Source: Escherichia coli (lineage in GTDB: Bacteria > Pseudomonadota > Gammaproteobacteria > Enterobacterales > Enterobacteriaceae). Taken from it: a DNA stretch of 64,000 nt. This document shows positions 28,054 to 41,845 of this stretch, piece after piece. The translations under genes and the position numbers were made by a program. The notes beneath the pieces were generated by a model that was given only the letters and a program-made list of their open reading frames with translations, ran no database searches and was not told where the DNA came from. The number at the start of each line of letters is the position of its first letter. The first letter of the stretch is position 1. The stretch lies in the NCBI RefSeq assembly GCF_050320075.1, contig NZ_CP190018.1; one strand, given 5' to 3'.

Positions 28054-29096
28054 ATACATATCTGGATTATCACCTGTTACGGTAAAAAGTGATTGCTTAC
28101 TGTTTTTGTGAATGGCATTGCAGCAGCCGGATAATGTCAGTGCTGGCTGACGGTGTGCTGGTGGCGGGTGTGGTGGTTGTTGCTTTCCCGTTGCTGAAAA
28201 AGAAAACGCCAGACTGTTAGCCGGGTATCAGTTAGCGGGAGAAATTTTTAAATACTTCACAATTCAGGCGGTTGACTGTTGTCTGGTTTGCGGGGAGTTT
28301 GTTAAAAGAAACTGGCATGGTGAATCCCCCTGTGCGGAGGGGCAATCAGCGAGTAGGTATATGGGATAATCGCGGATTCAGGTGCTGGTACTGAATTCAC
28401 CGGGAGGCACCCGGCACCATGCAATGGCACATAGCGCCACTCTCCAGCCCCTCTCCGGAGGGGCTGTTTATATTGATTTTGTCAGATGTGAGTAAACTCC
28501 TTATGGACTTTGTTGTTTTAGTCCATAAGGACATATTTGCAGAGTGCAACGGTTATTAAAGCATTCATTCAATACGTTATCTGTATTTGTAGGGCATTCC
28601 TGGCTGTTTTTGATTAAATTCCAGAATGTTTTATTGAATGGTACTACGTTGTAAATGGTTACAGGTAGCACTTTGTTATTGAGCATGATACCTGTGTGAG
28701 TCAGTGTAAATATACTTTCAGGAGGTAAGAAAGCATCCGATTGATATCAGATTATTAATTTTACTTTACTCCATATGACTGAAAAAGATATTCCGCATGA
28801 TGGCTGGATAACTGTATCAATCACAATCCACTTCATTTAGCTTCCTTGTTTATGCCTTGCTGGTGATGTTCTGAAAAGTATAAATGATATTTTTGAATGT
28901 AAACCATAGCGCAGAATTATTTTTCTGATGTTGTTTATTGTTTATTTAAATGCAGGGTGGTTTATATCTCGTCTTGTAGTTTATCCATGCATATCTGCTT
29001 GATAATCAGGTTTTTATTTAAGGTATGGTTTTGTGTTTTTTCTGTATTACATATCCGGTATTTTAAAGAATTATTTTTCAGATAGTGGAAAGAACC

Positions 29097-29285
29097 ATGG
29101 CATTTAAACACTATGATGTTGTCAGGGCGGCGCCGCCGTCAGATCTTGCGGAAAAGCTGACACATAAACTGAAAGAGGGCGGGCAGCCGTTTGGTAGTCC
29201 GGTGGCCATAACCCCTTATACCCTGATGCAGGCGATTGCAGCAGAAGGTGATGTGGTGGTCAGTGGTGCAACTGAGCCGGAGTGA
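29097..29285 (+). CDS. Small conserved phage protein upstream of lysis genes
   Basis: 62-aa ORF MAFKHYDVVRAAPPSDLAEKL... Confidence 0.4.
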   Translation: MAFKHYDVVRAAPPSDLAEKLTHKLKEGGQPFGSPVAITPYTLMQAIAAEGDVVVSGATEPE

Positions 29286-29592
29286 TACTACGTCATCGTA
29301 CTGGCCCGGCATTCCAGGCCATAAAAGACAGTCTGGCAGTGGGACTAAATGCACTGACGCTGATGGATATTACCAAAAATGTAACGTATGGCGTTGAGAT
29401 AGAAAGTCTGGCGCTGGAGATAAATGCACCGGCATCATCATAAAAAGTGAGCCAGTCAAATGGAAGGTATCGTTAAACTCACCGGTAGTGTCAGTGGGTC
29501 GTCTGAGACGCTTGCATGAGTTATCAGAGCCATCAGTAGTTAACTGGTGGCTTTTTTATTGTTTTCAGCTTCCGGATAACGGGAGACGGGGT

Positions 29593-29808
29593 ATGGACCA
29601 GATGGAAAAAATCACAACAGGTGTGTCATACACCACGTCAGCGGTGGGAACGGGCTACTGGTTCCTGCAGTTGCTGGACAGGGTTTCCCCGTCTCAGTGG
29701 GCGGCAATAGGCGTGCTGGGGAGTCTGCTGTTTGGGCTGCTGACATATCTGACTAACCTGTATTTCAAAATCAGAGAGGACCGTCGTAAGGCGGCACGGG
29801 GAGAGTAA
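29593..29808 (+). CDS. Holin, EssD/S21 pinholin type
   Basis: 71 aa [71 protein letters not shown]; close match to recalled K-12 EssD; dual-start M..M. Confidence 0.8.
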   Translation: MDQMEKITTGVSYTTSAVGTGYWFLQLLDRVSPSQWAAIGVLGSLLFGLLTYLTNLYFKIREDRRKAARGE

Positions 29809-29812
29809 TTCA

Positions 29813-30157
29813 ATGACTCAAAACTATGAACTGATTGTGAAAGGGATCCGCAATTTTGAGAATAAAGTTACGGTAACTTTAGCATTACAGGACAAAGAAC
29901 GCTTTGACGGTGAAATTTTTGACCTGGACATCTCGCTGGACCGTGTTGAAGGTGCTGCGCTGGAGTTTTATGAGGCAGCGGCCAGAAGGAGCATCAGACA
30001 GGTCTTCCTGGATGTCGCTGCCGGGTTATGTGAAGGGGATGAGCAGTCGCCGGAAAAGCGCCCCGTAATTTTAGAGGCGCAGAATGTATGGATAACCTAC
30101 AAAGGAAAGCTACCGGGAAGGATTACTGGTTCCCTGAAGACTCCGCCGAAATGGTAG
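29813..30157 (+). CDS. Hypothetical protein inserted between holin and endolysin
   Basis: 114-aa ORF, GGAGAG RBS, 5 bp after holin stop. Confidence 0.45.
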   Translation: MTQNYELIVKGIRNFENKVTVTLALQDKERFDGEIFDLDISLDRVEGAALEFYEAAARRSIRQVFLDVAAGLCEGDEQSPEKRPVILEAQNVWITYKGKLPGRITGSLKTPPKW

Positions 30158-30395
30158 TTTTGCCAGCATAATTTTCTTCCAGCAATGCCGCCAGCCACTT
30201 GAAAGAATTTTGTTGTTCCTGGGACCATTTGGGGTTGCGTGATTCAAAATGAATGGATGCCAGCGTTGGCAGCATTTGCTCCCTGGGAATTGATAAGGCC
30301 AGATGTGAAAATGCAACAGTGAGGGCATTTACATCATCCCGAAGCCTGAAAATGCAGTCGAGCAACTCCTGTAGAGAAATGGTGCTATTGTCCAT
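30123..30395 (-). CDS. Hypothetical protein, antisense to late operon
   Basis: 90-aa ORF with AGAGGA RBS; converges on and overlaps previous ORF by 35 bp. Confidence 0.3.
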   Translation of the reverse strand: MDNSTISLQELLDCIFRLRDDVNALTVAFSHLALSIPREQMLPTLASIHFESRNPKWSQEQQNSFKWLAALLEENYAGKTTISAESSGNQ

Positions 30396-30500
30396 AAATA
30401 ATCCTCTTGATTGTCTTTACCTTTTCCCCGCCTGATTCAACAGGCCGGGACAGATAAACATATCCAGGGTTCAGAAACCGATAAATCCTGATAAATATCC

Positions 30501-31034
30501 ATGAACGCAAAAATCAAATACGGCCTGTCAGCTGCAGTTCTGGCGCTGATTGGAGCAGGCGCATCAGCTCCTCAGATACTTGACCAGTTTCTGGATGAAA
30601 AAGAGGGTAACCACACTACGGCATACCGCGATGGTTCCGGCAACTGGACCATCTGTCGGGGGGCCACGATGGTGGATGGAAAACCCGTTTTTCCCGGTAT
30701 GAAACTGTCGAAGGAAAAATGCGACCAGGTCAACGCCATTGAGCGTGATAAGGCGCTGGCATGGGTGGAGAAAAACATCAAAGTGCCATTGAGCGAACCC
30801 CAGAAAGCGGGGATCGCGTCATTCTGTCCGTACAACATTGGTCCCGGTAAGTGTTTCCCGTCGACGTTTTATAAACGAATTAATGCAGGTGATCGCAGGG
30901 GAGCGTGTGAGGCGATTCGCTGGTGGATTAAGGACGGTGGCAGAGACTGCCGTATTCGTTCAAACAACTGCTACGGTCAGGTATCCCGTCGTGACCAGGA
31001 GAGCGCGCTGGCGTGCTGGGGTATCGACAGATAA
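30501..31034 (+). CDS. SAR endolysin (lysozyme family)
   Basis: 177 aa; Gly/Ala-rich N-terminal SAR segment GLSAAVLALIGAGASA; lysozyme-like body; follows holin. Confidence 0.75.
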   Translation: MNAKIKYGLSAAVLALIGAGASAPQILDQFLDEKEGNHTTAYRDGSGNWTICRGATMVDGKPVFPGMKLSKEKCDQVNAIERDKALAWVEKNIKVPLSEPQKAGIASFCPYNIGPGKCFPSTFYKRINAGDRRGACEAIRWWIKDGGRDCRIRSNNCYGQVSRRDQESALACWGIDR

Positions 31035-31232
31035 GCAGAATATTTTGCTGAAAAATAAGGCATGGCCACGCGGGCGGATAACATGAAATCCTGCGAAGTG
31101 GCGAAACGTAAGTGAATAAAAGTAAAAACCCCGTTTGTTGGCACCAAGCGGGGTTTTGTGTTTCCTGACTCCGGAAAAGTCAAAGGAGAAAGTGTGTTTG
31201 ATTTTAGCAAACTGATTCGGGAGATTCGAGTG

Positions 31233-31331
31233 ATGGCTGAAAAATTATCCACCTGGAAGTTCATTCTTATCTGGCTGGTGTTTGTGATTATGGCCTCTGG
31301 TTATTTCATCGGTCAGATACGCTGGTGGTGA
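31233..31331 (+). CDS. Small single-TM peptide (32 aa) translationally coupled to Rz
   Basis: [32 protein letters not shown]; stop 2 nt before Rz ATG. Confidence 0.3.
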   Translation: MAEKLSTWKFILIWLVFVIMASGYFIGQIRWW

Positions 31332-31332
31332 A

Positions 31333-31797
31333 ATGAACCGCGTACTGTGCGTGGTCATCATTGCCCTGCTGGTGGCCTGTGGTGCGCTTAGTCTGGGGCT
31401 GAATCATTACCGTGATAACGCCATTACCTACAAAGCCCAGCGCGACAAAAATGTCAGAGAACTGAAGCTGGCGAACGCGGCAATTACTGACATGCAGATG
31501 CGTCAGCGTGATGTTGCTGCGCTCGATGCAAAATACACGAAGGAGTTAGCTGATGCGAAAGCTGAAAATGATGCTCTGCGTGATGATGTTGCCGCTGGTC
31601 GTCGTCGGTTGCACATCAAAGCAGTCTGTCAGTCAGTGCGTGAAGCCACCACCGCCTCCGGCGTGGATAATGCAGCCTCCCCCCGATTGGCAGACACCGC
31701 TGAACGGGATTATTTCACCCTCAGAGCGCGACTGATAATAATGCAAAAACAACTTGAAGGGGCACAGCTATACATTCGAGAGCAATGCCTCAGATAA
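31333..31797 (+). CDS. Spanin, inner-membrane subunit (Rz)
   Basis: 154 aa; N-terminal TM then coiled-coil; embedded +1-frame lipoprotein gene. Confidence 0.75.
   Translation: MNRVLCVVIIALLVACGALSLGLNHYRDNAITYKAQRDKNVRELKLANAAITDMQMRQRDVAALDAKYTKELADAKAENDALRDDVAAGRRRLHIKAVCQSVREATTASGVDNAASPRLADTAERDYFTLRARLIIMQKQLEGAQLYIREQCLR
31553..31735 (+). CDS. Spanin, outer-membrane lipoprotein subunit (Rz1), embedded in Rz
   Basis: 60 aa; lipobox LVVVGC; proline-rich ([15 protein letters not shown]). Confidence 0.65.
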   Translation: MRKLKMMLCVMMLPLVVVGCTSKQSVSQCVKPPPPPAWIMQPPPDWQTPLNGIISPSERD

Positions 31798-32104
31798 AAA
31801 CCGGCCAAGGATAATCCGCTGAAGATTCGCCGGTGGCTAAAGTGTGCCAAGAGTTCAATTTACGCAATTACTCCTGTCGATGCTATGTACCGTCTTTGTG
31901 AAGTCAATGGATACCTGATTTATTTCTGTGCGCTGTATCGTCGCTGTACTCTTGCATTAATTATGACTGTAGCCTGACGGGGAACTCCTTCTGCACAAGT
32001 GTGGGGGAATAATCAAAAACGATGCACACCGGGGTTACCGGGTACACATATTTCATCATGCCAGCGAGTCCGGTTCTGGCACGGAAGAAACCGGACGTTA
32101 TGAT

Positions 32105-32530
32105 TTAGTGCGGAAATATTTGTGTAGTGTTCTGAATGTTCTCAGTAAAGAGTAATGAATTATCAAAGGTATAGTAATACCTTTTGTTTTCGTGGATATT
32201 TGTAATCCATCTGAAAACCCCTGCTGTAGCAAGATTTTTCCTGTATTCGTAAAATGATAACTCTCCTGATTTGAATCCTTTTAAGGTGGCTTCTATAAGG
32301 CATTTATTTTTTGAAAATCTTACATTTACAACCTTACCCTGTCCTTTTATTAAAACCGTATTATCGTTTTCAAGAACAAGATGAATATTCTCTGTGGCTA
32401 AATAGTAAATGTAATGTGAGACATTGTGACGTTTTAGTTCAGAATAAAACCAGTGATAGTTTAAATTATTTCGCACTTTATCGAATATTTGTTTAAAAAT
32501 GGCAATCTGAGCCATTGTAGTACCTTCCAT
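32105..32530 (-). CDS. Hypothetical protein, AT-rich moron
   Basis: 141-aa ORF (alternative start at M6, 32515), Tyr/Asn/Lys-rich, ~30% GC, antisense to late operon. Confidence 0.4.
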   Translation of the reverse strand: MEGTTMAQIAIFKQIFDKVRNNLNYHWFYSELKRHNVSHYIYYLATENIHLVLENDNTVLIKGQGKVVNVRFSKNKCLIEATLKGFKSGELSFYEYRKNLATAGVFRWITNIHENKRYYYTFDNSLLFTENIQNTTQIFPH

Positions 32531-32572
32531 GTGATATGAGGGGGCGTAGTCTGCACGATTATCTAAATTGCT

Positions 32573-32806
32573 TCAATCTGGTCTGACCTGTTTTCTGAGC
32601 AATTCAGTAATGTCACTCTTTTCTTTGTTTGCTTCAGGCGAAACTCTTTTTTCTGAGCACAGTCTCCGGCGGCAGGCTTCAATGACCCAGGCTGAGAAAT
32701 TCCCGGACCCTTTTTGAACAAGAGCGATGTTAATTTGTTCAATCATTTGGTTAGGAAAGCGGATGTTGCGGGTTGTTGTTCTGCGGGTTCTGTTCTTCGT
32801 TGACAT
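32573..32806 (-). CDS. Putative ribbon-helix-helix DNA-binding protein
   Basis: 77 aa; basic N-terminal tail then NIRFPNQMIEQINIALVQKGSGNFSAWVIEACRRRL, RHH-like pattern (inference). Confidence 0.35.
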   Translation of the reverse strand: MSTKNRTRRTTTRNIRFPNQMIEQINIALVQKGSGNFSAWVIEACRRRLCSEKRVSPEANKEKSDITELLRKQVRPD

Positions 32807-33005
32807 GAGGTTGCCCTGTATTCAGTGTCGCTGATTTGTATTGTCTGAAGTTGTTTTTACGTTAGGTTGATGCAGATCAATTAATACGATACCTGCGTCA
32901 TAATTGATTATTTGACGTGGTTTGATGGCCTCCACGCACGTTGTGATATGTAGATGATAATCATTATCGCTTTACGGGTCCTTTCCGGTGATCCGACAGG
33001 TTACG

Positions 33006-33017
33006 GGGCGGCGACCT
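33006..33017 (+). other. cosN 12-nt cohesive end (GGGCGGCGACCT)
   Basis: Matches lambda cohesive end and flanking ...ACAGGTTACG / CGCGGGTTTTCGCTATTTATGAAAATTTTC. Confidence 0.8.
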
Positions 33018-33193
33018 CGCGGGTTTTCGCTATTTATGAAAATTTTCTGGGGAAAATCATGTCGGTACTTCTCGAACATAACTATTTGTTTTTTCTAATA
33101 TCGAATCCGTAAAAGGTCCGACATGAAAACGCCTAAAAAAGTCATTTTCGGGCACTTTCATGTCGGCCCCTGTATTTATTGTGAGACTGTTTC

Positions 33194-33713
33194 ATGAAGG
33201 TTAATAAAAAGAAACTTGCCGAAATTTTCAACGTGGATCCGCGAACGATTGAACGCTGGCAGTCTCAGGGACTCCCTTGCGTCTCCGGAGGTGGTAAGGG
33301 CGTTGAATCTGTATTTGATACCGCCATGGCAATTCAGTGGTATGCGCAGAGGGAAGCTGATATCGAAAATGAAAAACTCCGTAAAGAGGTTGAGGATTAC
33401 AGGGCTGCCAGTGAGGCAGATCTCCAGCCTGGGACTATTGAGTACGAACGCCATCGACTTACGCGTGCGCAGGCCGACGCACAGGAGCTGAAGAATGCCA
33501 GAGACTCCGCAGAGGTGGTGGAAACCGCATTCTGTACTTTCGTGCTGTCACGGATCGCAGGTGAAATTGCCAGTATTCTTGACGGGATCCCTCTCTCGGT
33601 ACAGCGGCGTTTTCCGGAACTGGAAAACCGACATGTTGATTTCCTGAAACGGGATATCATCAAAGCCATGAACAAAGCAGCCGCGCTGGATGAACTGATA
33701 CCGGGGTTGCTGA

Positions 33714-33739
<26 letters not shown>
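33194..33739 (+). CDS. nu1: Terminase small subunit
   Basis: 181 aa, near-identical to lambda Nu1 over most of its length as I recall it. Confidence 0.9.
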
Positions 33740-37420
<3,681 letters not shown>

Positions 37421-37440
<20 letters not shown>

Positions 37441-38740
37441 TCTCCCGCATATTGCCAGCATGGCTTTTAATGAGCCGCTGATGCTTGAACCCGCCTATGC
37501 GCGGGTTTTCTTTTGTGCGCTTGCAGGCCAGCTTGGGATCAGCCGCCTGACGGATGCAGTATCCGGCGACAGCCTGACTGCCGGAGAGGCACCCGCGGCG
37601 CTGGCGTTATCCGGTGATGATGACGGACCACGACAGGCCCGCAGTTATCAGGTCATGAACGGCATCGCCGTGCTGCCGGTGTCCGGTACGCTGGTCAGCC
37701 GGACGCGGGCGCTGCAGCCGTATTCGGGAATGACCGGTTACAACGGCATTATCGCCCGTCTGCAACAGGCTGCCAGCGATCCGATGGTGGACGGCATTCT
37801 GCTGGATATGGACACACCGGGCGGGATGGTGGCGGGAGCATTTGACTGTGCTGACATCATCGCCCGTGTGCGAGACATAAAACCGGTATGGGCGCTGGCC
37901 AACGACATGAACTGCAGTGCAGGTCAGCTGCTTGCCAGCGCCGCCTCCCGGCGTCTGGTCACGCAGACCGCCCGGACAGGCTCCATCGGCGTCATGATGG
38001 CTCACAGTAATTACGGTGCTGCGCTGGAGAAACAGGGCGTGGAAATCACGCTGATTTACAGCGGCAGCCATAAGGTGGATGGCAACCCCTACAGCCATCT
38101 ACCGGATGATGTCCGGGAAACACTGCAGTCCCGGATGGATGCAACCCGCCGGATGTTTGCACAGAAGGTGTCGGCATATACCGGCCTGTCCGTGCAGGCT
38201 GTGCTGGATACCGAGGCTGCAGTGTACAGCGGTCAGGAGGCCATTGATGCCGGACTGGCTGATGAACTTGTGAACAGTACCGATGCGATCACCGTCATGC
38301 GTGATGCACTGGATGCACGTAAATCCCGTCTCTCAGGAGGGCGAATGACCAAAGAGACTCAATCAACAACTGTTTCAGCCACTGCTTCGCAGGCTGACGT
38401 TACTGGCGTGGTGCAAGCGACGGAGGGCGAGAACGCCAGCGCTGCGCAGCCGGACGTGAACGCGCAGATCACCGCAGCGGTTGCGGCAGAAAACAGTCGC
38501 ATTATGGGGATCCTCAACTGTGAGGAGGCTCACGGACGCGAAGAACAGGCATGCGTGCTGGCCGAAACCCCTGGTATGACCGTGGAAACGGCCCGCCGTA
38601 TTCTGGCCGCAGCACCACAGAGTGCACAGACGCGCAGTGACACTGCGCTGGATCGTCTGATGCAGGGGGCACCGGCACCGCTGGCTGCAGGTAACCCGGC
38701 ATCTGATGCCGTTAACGATTTGCTGAACACACCAGTGTAA
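37421..38740 (+). CDS. C: Head maturation protease / scaffold C
   Basis: GTG start overlapping B; 439 aa, same length as lambda gpC; ORF track shows longer frame 37286..38740. Confidence 0.85.
38345..38740 (+). CDS. nu3: Scaffolding protein Nu3 (in-frame internal start within C)
   Basis: ATG 38345 in C frame, MTKETQSTTVS...; lambda arrangement. Confidence 0.5.
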   Translation: MTKETQSTTVSATASQADVTGVVQATEGENASAAQPDVNAQITAAVAAENSRIMGILNCEEAHGREEQACVLAETPGMTVETARRILAAAPQSAQTRSDTALDRLMQGAPAPLAAGNPASDAVNDLLNTPV

Positions 38741-38749
38741 GGGATGTTT

Positions 38750-39082
38750 ATGACGAGCAAAGAAACCTTTACCCATTACCAGCCGCTGGGCAACAGTGAC
38801 CCGGCTCATACCGCAACCGCGCCCGGCGGATTGAGTGCGAAAGCGCCTGCAATGACCCCGCTGATGCTGGACACCTCCACCCGTAAGCTGGTTGCGTGGG
38901 ATGGCACCACCGACGGTGCTGCCGTTGGCATTCTTGCAGTTGCTGCTGACCAGACCAGCACCACACTGACGTTCTACAAGTCCGGCACGTTCCGTTATGA
39001 GGATGTGCTCTGGCCGGAGGCTGCCAGCGACGAGACGAAAAAACGGACCGCGTTTGCCGGAACGGCAATCAGCATCGTTTAA
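38750..39082 (+). CDS. D: Head decoration protein D
   Basis: 110 aa [12 protein letters not shown]..., lambda gpD-like. Confidence 0.9.
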   Translation: MTSKETFTHYQPLGNSDPAHTATAPGGLSAKAPAMTPLMLDTSTRKLVAWDGTTDGAAVGILAVAADQTSTTLTFYKSGTFRYEDVLWPEAASDETKKRTAFAGTAISIV

Positions 39083-39229
39083 CTTTACCCTTCATCACTA
39101 AAGGCCGCCTGTGCGGCTTTTTTTACGGGATTTTTTTTATGTCGATGTACACAACCGCCCAGCTGCTGGCGGCAAATGAGCAGAAATTTAAGTTTGATCG
39201 TAAGCGACTCGTCAGAACCGTATTGATAT

Positions 39230-40801
39230 TTACTGAGAGCTCAGATCAACTTTCCAGGGCAACAGATCGCGTACCCGGTTTGCCGGCCAGTCCTGGATAT
39301 GTTCAATGACGTAACGCAGCCACTTTTCTGGCTCCACATTGTTCAGACGGCATGTGCCGATCAGCGAGTACAACACCGCCGCATGTTCACCACCGCTGTC
39401 GGAACCCGCGAACATCCAGTTTTTCCGGCCTACGGCCACTCCCCGTAAGGCGTTCTCTGCGATGTTGTTGTCGATTTCCACCCAGCCATTACTGCAGTAC
39501 ACGTTCAGTGCATCCCACTGTTTCAGCAGGTATGCGAACGCTTTTGCCGTATCTGAGTGACGCGACAGTGTTTTCATCTGTTGCTGTATCCAGTCATACA
39601 GTGACTGCATCAGTGGCGCGGCTCTGGCTTTTCTTGCCGCCAGACGCTGTTCTGCTGAACAGCCCCGGACCTCTGCCTCGATGGCATACAGTTCACCGAT
39701 ACGCTGCAGGGCTTCCGTGGTGATGTAGGTGGGCGCTCTTGCATGCACATCGTGGATTTTTCTCCGGGCATGAGCCATACACGCGGCTTCCGTTATTCTG
39801 CCGGATTCGTATAACGCCCGGTAACCACCGTAAGCATCGGCCTGAAGCACACCGCTGTAACCGGCCAGGTGATTTTGTGGATGGATACCTTTCCGGTCCG
39901 GACTGTACGCGAACCAGACCGCCGGGGGCATCTGTGAACCGGCGTTACGGTCATCACGGACGTAGACCCACAGCCGGGCTGTCCGGGTTTTACCGCTGCC
40001 CGGCTCCTGGACCGGGACGGGGATATCATCAGCATGGACTTTACCGGGCATCAGCACATACTGGCGCAGGACGTCATACAGCGGCTCCAGCAGTTCAGCA
40101 ACAGCACCTGTCCAGCGCCCCAGTGTGGCACGGCTCAGCTCCACTCCCTGACGACGGTATATTTCTGACTGGCGGTATAACGGCAGATGGTCTGCATATT
40201 TCCCGGTGACAACATGGGCCAGAAGCCCCGCTCCGGCATAACTGCGTGCAATGGGTTTTGAAGGTACTGGTGCCTGCACGATATGGTCGCACCGGCAACA
40301 GGCCTGTTTCGGACGTTGTGTTTCGATAACCTTAAAGGCGCTGCTGATAAGCTCCAGTTGCTCTGACACATCACATCCCAGAGAACTGAGTTCACCACCA
40401 CAGGCAGGACAGCATTCCTCTTCCGGCCGGATAACCCGGGTTTCACGGGGAAGTGAGGCCGGTAACGGTTTACGGGCTGAAGACTGGCGCAGGGCGGATG
40501 GCAGTACCGGGTCATATTGCTCACCCAGCGTTTCCGCCATTTCTTCCTGAAGTGCGCTGATTCGCTCCTGTGCTTCCTGTATCTGCCGTTCGGTTTTTGC
40601 ACGAAGTTTTTCTGAGCTTTTACCGAACTGCATACGTTGCAGTTTCGCAACCAGCGCCTTCAGCCGGTTGATTTCGGAAGCATAAGCCGCCACCCGCTGT
40701 GAGAGCAGGCGGTTGTATTCAGCCATCTGGCGGATGGTGTCCTGTTGCGTCTGCAACAGTGCCCGCAGGCGGGCGTTCTCATGAGCAAGTGAGGTGTCCA
40801 T
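39230..40801 (-). CDS. IS66-family transposase (TnpC)
   Basis: 523 aa with coiled-coil N-terminus, Cys-rich zinc motif and DDE core. Confidence 0.85.
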   Translation of the reverse strand: MDTSLAHENARLRALLQTQQDTIRQMAEYNRLLSQRVAAYASEINRLKALVAKLQRMQFGKSSEKLRAKTERQIQEAQERISALQEEMAETLGEQYDPVLPSALRQSSARKPLPASLPRETRVIRPEEECCPACGGELSSLGCDVSEQLELISSAFKVIETQRPKQACCRCDHIVQAPVPSKPIARSYAGAGLLAHVVTGKYADHLPLYRQSEIYRRQGVELSRATLGRWTGAVAELLEPLYDVLRQYVLMPGKVHADDIPVPVQEPGSGKTRTARLWVYVRDDRNAGSQMPPAVWFAYSPDRKGIHPQNHLAGYSGVLQADAYGGYRALYESGRITEAACMAHARRKIHDVHARAPTYITTEALQRIGELYAIEAEVRGCSAEQRLAARKARAAPLMQSLYDWIQQQMKTLSRHSDTAKAFAYLLKQWDALNVYCSNGWVEIDNNIAENALRGVAVGRKNWMFAGSDSGGEHAAVLYSLIGTCRLNNVEPEKWLRYVIEHIQDWPANRVRDLLPWKVDLSSQ

Positions 40802-40820
40802 ATCCTCACTTTACAACGGG

Positions 40821-41168
40821 TTATATGCGGATTCCAGCGCGTTCCGTTCGTTTCGGGTGCTTCCAGTTGATACCTTCAAGAAGCATGGATAACTGAGCCG
40901 GAGTAAGGTGCACCTTGCCGTCACGGGTGACTGGCCAGACGAAGCGGCCCCGCTCCAGGCGTTTGGTGAAGAGGCACAGTCCGTCACTGTCAGCCCACAA
41001 CACTTTTATCTGGTCACCCCGGCGTCCGCGGAAGATGAACAGGTGTCCGGAGAACGGGTCATCCTTCAGGACGTTCTGAACTTTTGATGCCAGGCCGTTA
41101 AAGCCATTTCGCATATCGGTGATACCTGCAACCAGCCAGATACGCGAACCTGCAGGGAGAGATATCAT
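40821..41168 (-). CDS. IS66 Orf2 (TnpB)
   Basis: 115 aa, conserved IS66 accessory protein. Confidence 0.8.
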   Translation of the reverse strand: MISLPAGSRIWLVAGITDMRNGFNGLASKVQNVLKDDPFSGHLFIFRGRRGDQIKVLWADSDGLCLFTKRLERGRFVWPVTRDGKVHLTPAQLSMLLEGINWKHPKRTERAGIRI

Positions 41169-41845
41169 CAGTGGCTGCTCCCTTTTATTTCGCGGATAAG
41201 TGTCTGTAATAACGCCGGCGTCAGTTTACCTTTAAGCCTGAGAGTTCCGGCCGGCAGAACCAGCTCACAACACAGACTGTCGGACGGTGTATTTATCTGC
41301 TCTGGTTCCTGTGCGGGGGCCGGGATTTTATTATCCGGCTCCGGCGTTAACGTCACGGGAAGCAGTGCCGGCATATTTTTTCCGGAAGGCAGCAGGCCAC
41401 CTTTCCGGTATTGATGGCGCCAGTTGAAGAGCAGGTTATCGTTGATTCCGTTTTCCCGGGCGATCTGCGCCACACAGGCTCCGGGCTGCAGTGACTGCTC
41501 CACTAAGGCGATTTTAAACTCATAAGGGAAGTTGGGCCGCCGGGGACGTTTTTTTACCACGGGGGCTTCGGATATAACGGTGCTTTCAGGACGTACGACT
41601 GGTACCGTGGAAAATTGTCCGTAAAGGCAGGCATCAAGTTCCTGCTCCGACATGCCTGCGGGCAAAGGCCACGAAAGGCCAGCTCTCCGAAAGCGCACGA
41701 ACATACTACAAACTGTTGATTTTGGTACACCCAGGCGACGCCCGGCCACAACCCGGGGTAAATGTTCTTCAAAGTGAAGACGTAAAGCTTCAGTGATCCA
41801 GGTCCGGTGTTTCATACGATAGTGTCCATTAAAAATGATGGACAT
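41168..41845 (-). CDS. IS66 Orf1 (TnpA-like), possibly from internal start
   Basis: 225-aa ORF immediately upstream of Orf2. Confidence 0.6.
   Translation of the reverse strand: MSIIFNGHYRMKHRTWITEALRLHFEEHLPRVVAGRRLGVPKSTVCSMFVRFRRAGLSWPLPAGMSEQELDACLYGQFSTVPVVRPESTVISEAPVVKKRPRRPNFPYEFKIALVEQSLQPGACVAQIARENGINDNLLFNWRHQYRKGGLLPSGKNMPALLPVTLTPEPDNKIPAPAQEPEQINTPSDSLCCELVLPAGTLRLKGKLTPALLQTLIREIKGSSH

Noticed and set aside
27600-29500. Shiga toxin genes at the canonical Q-to-S site
   Set aside because: No ORF of appropriate size or A/B subunit character is present.
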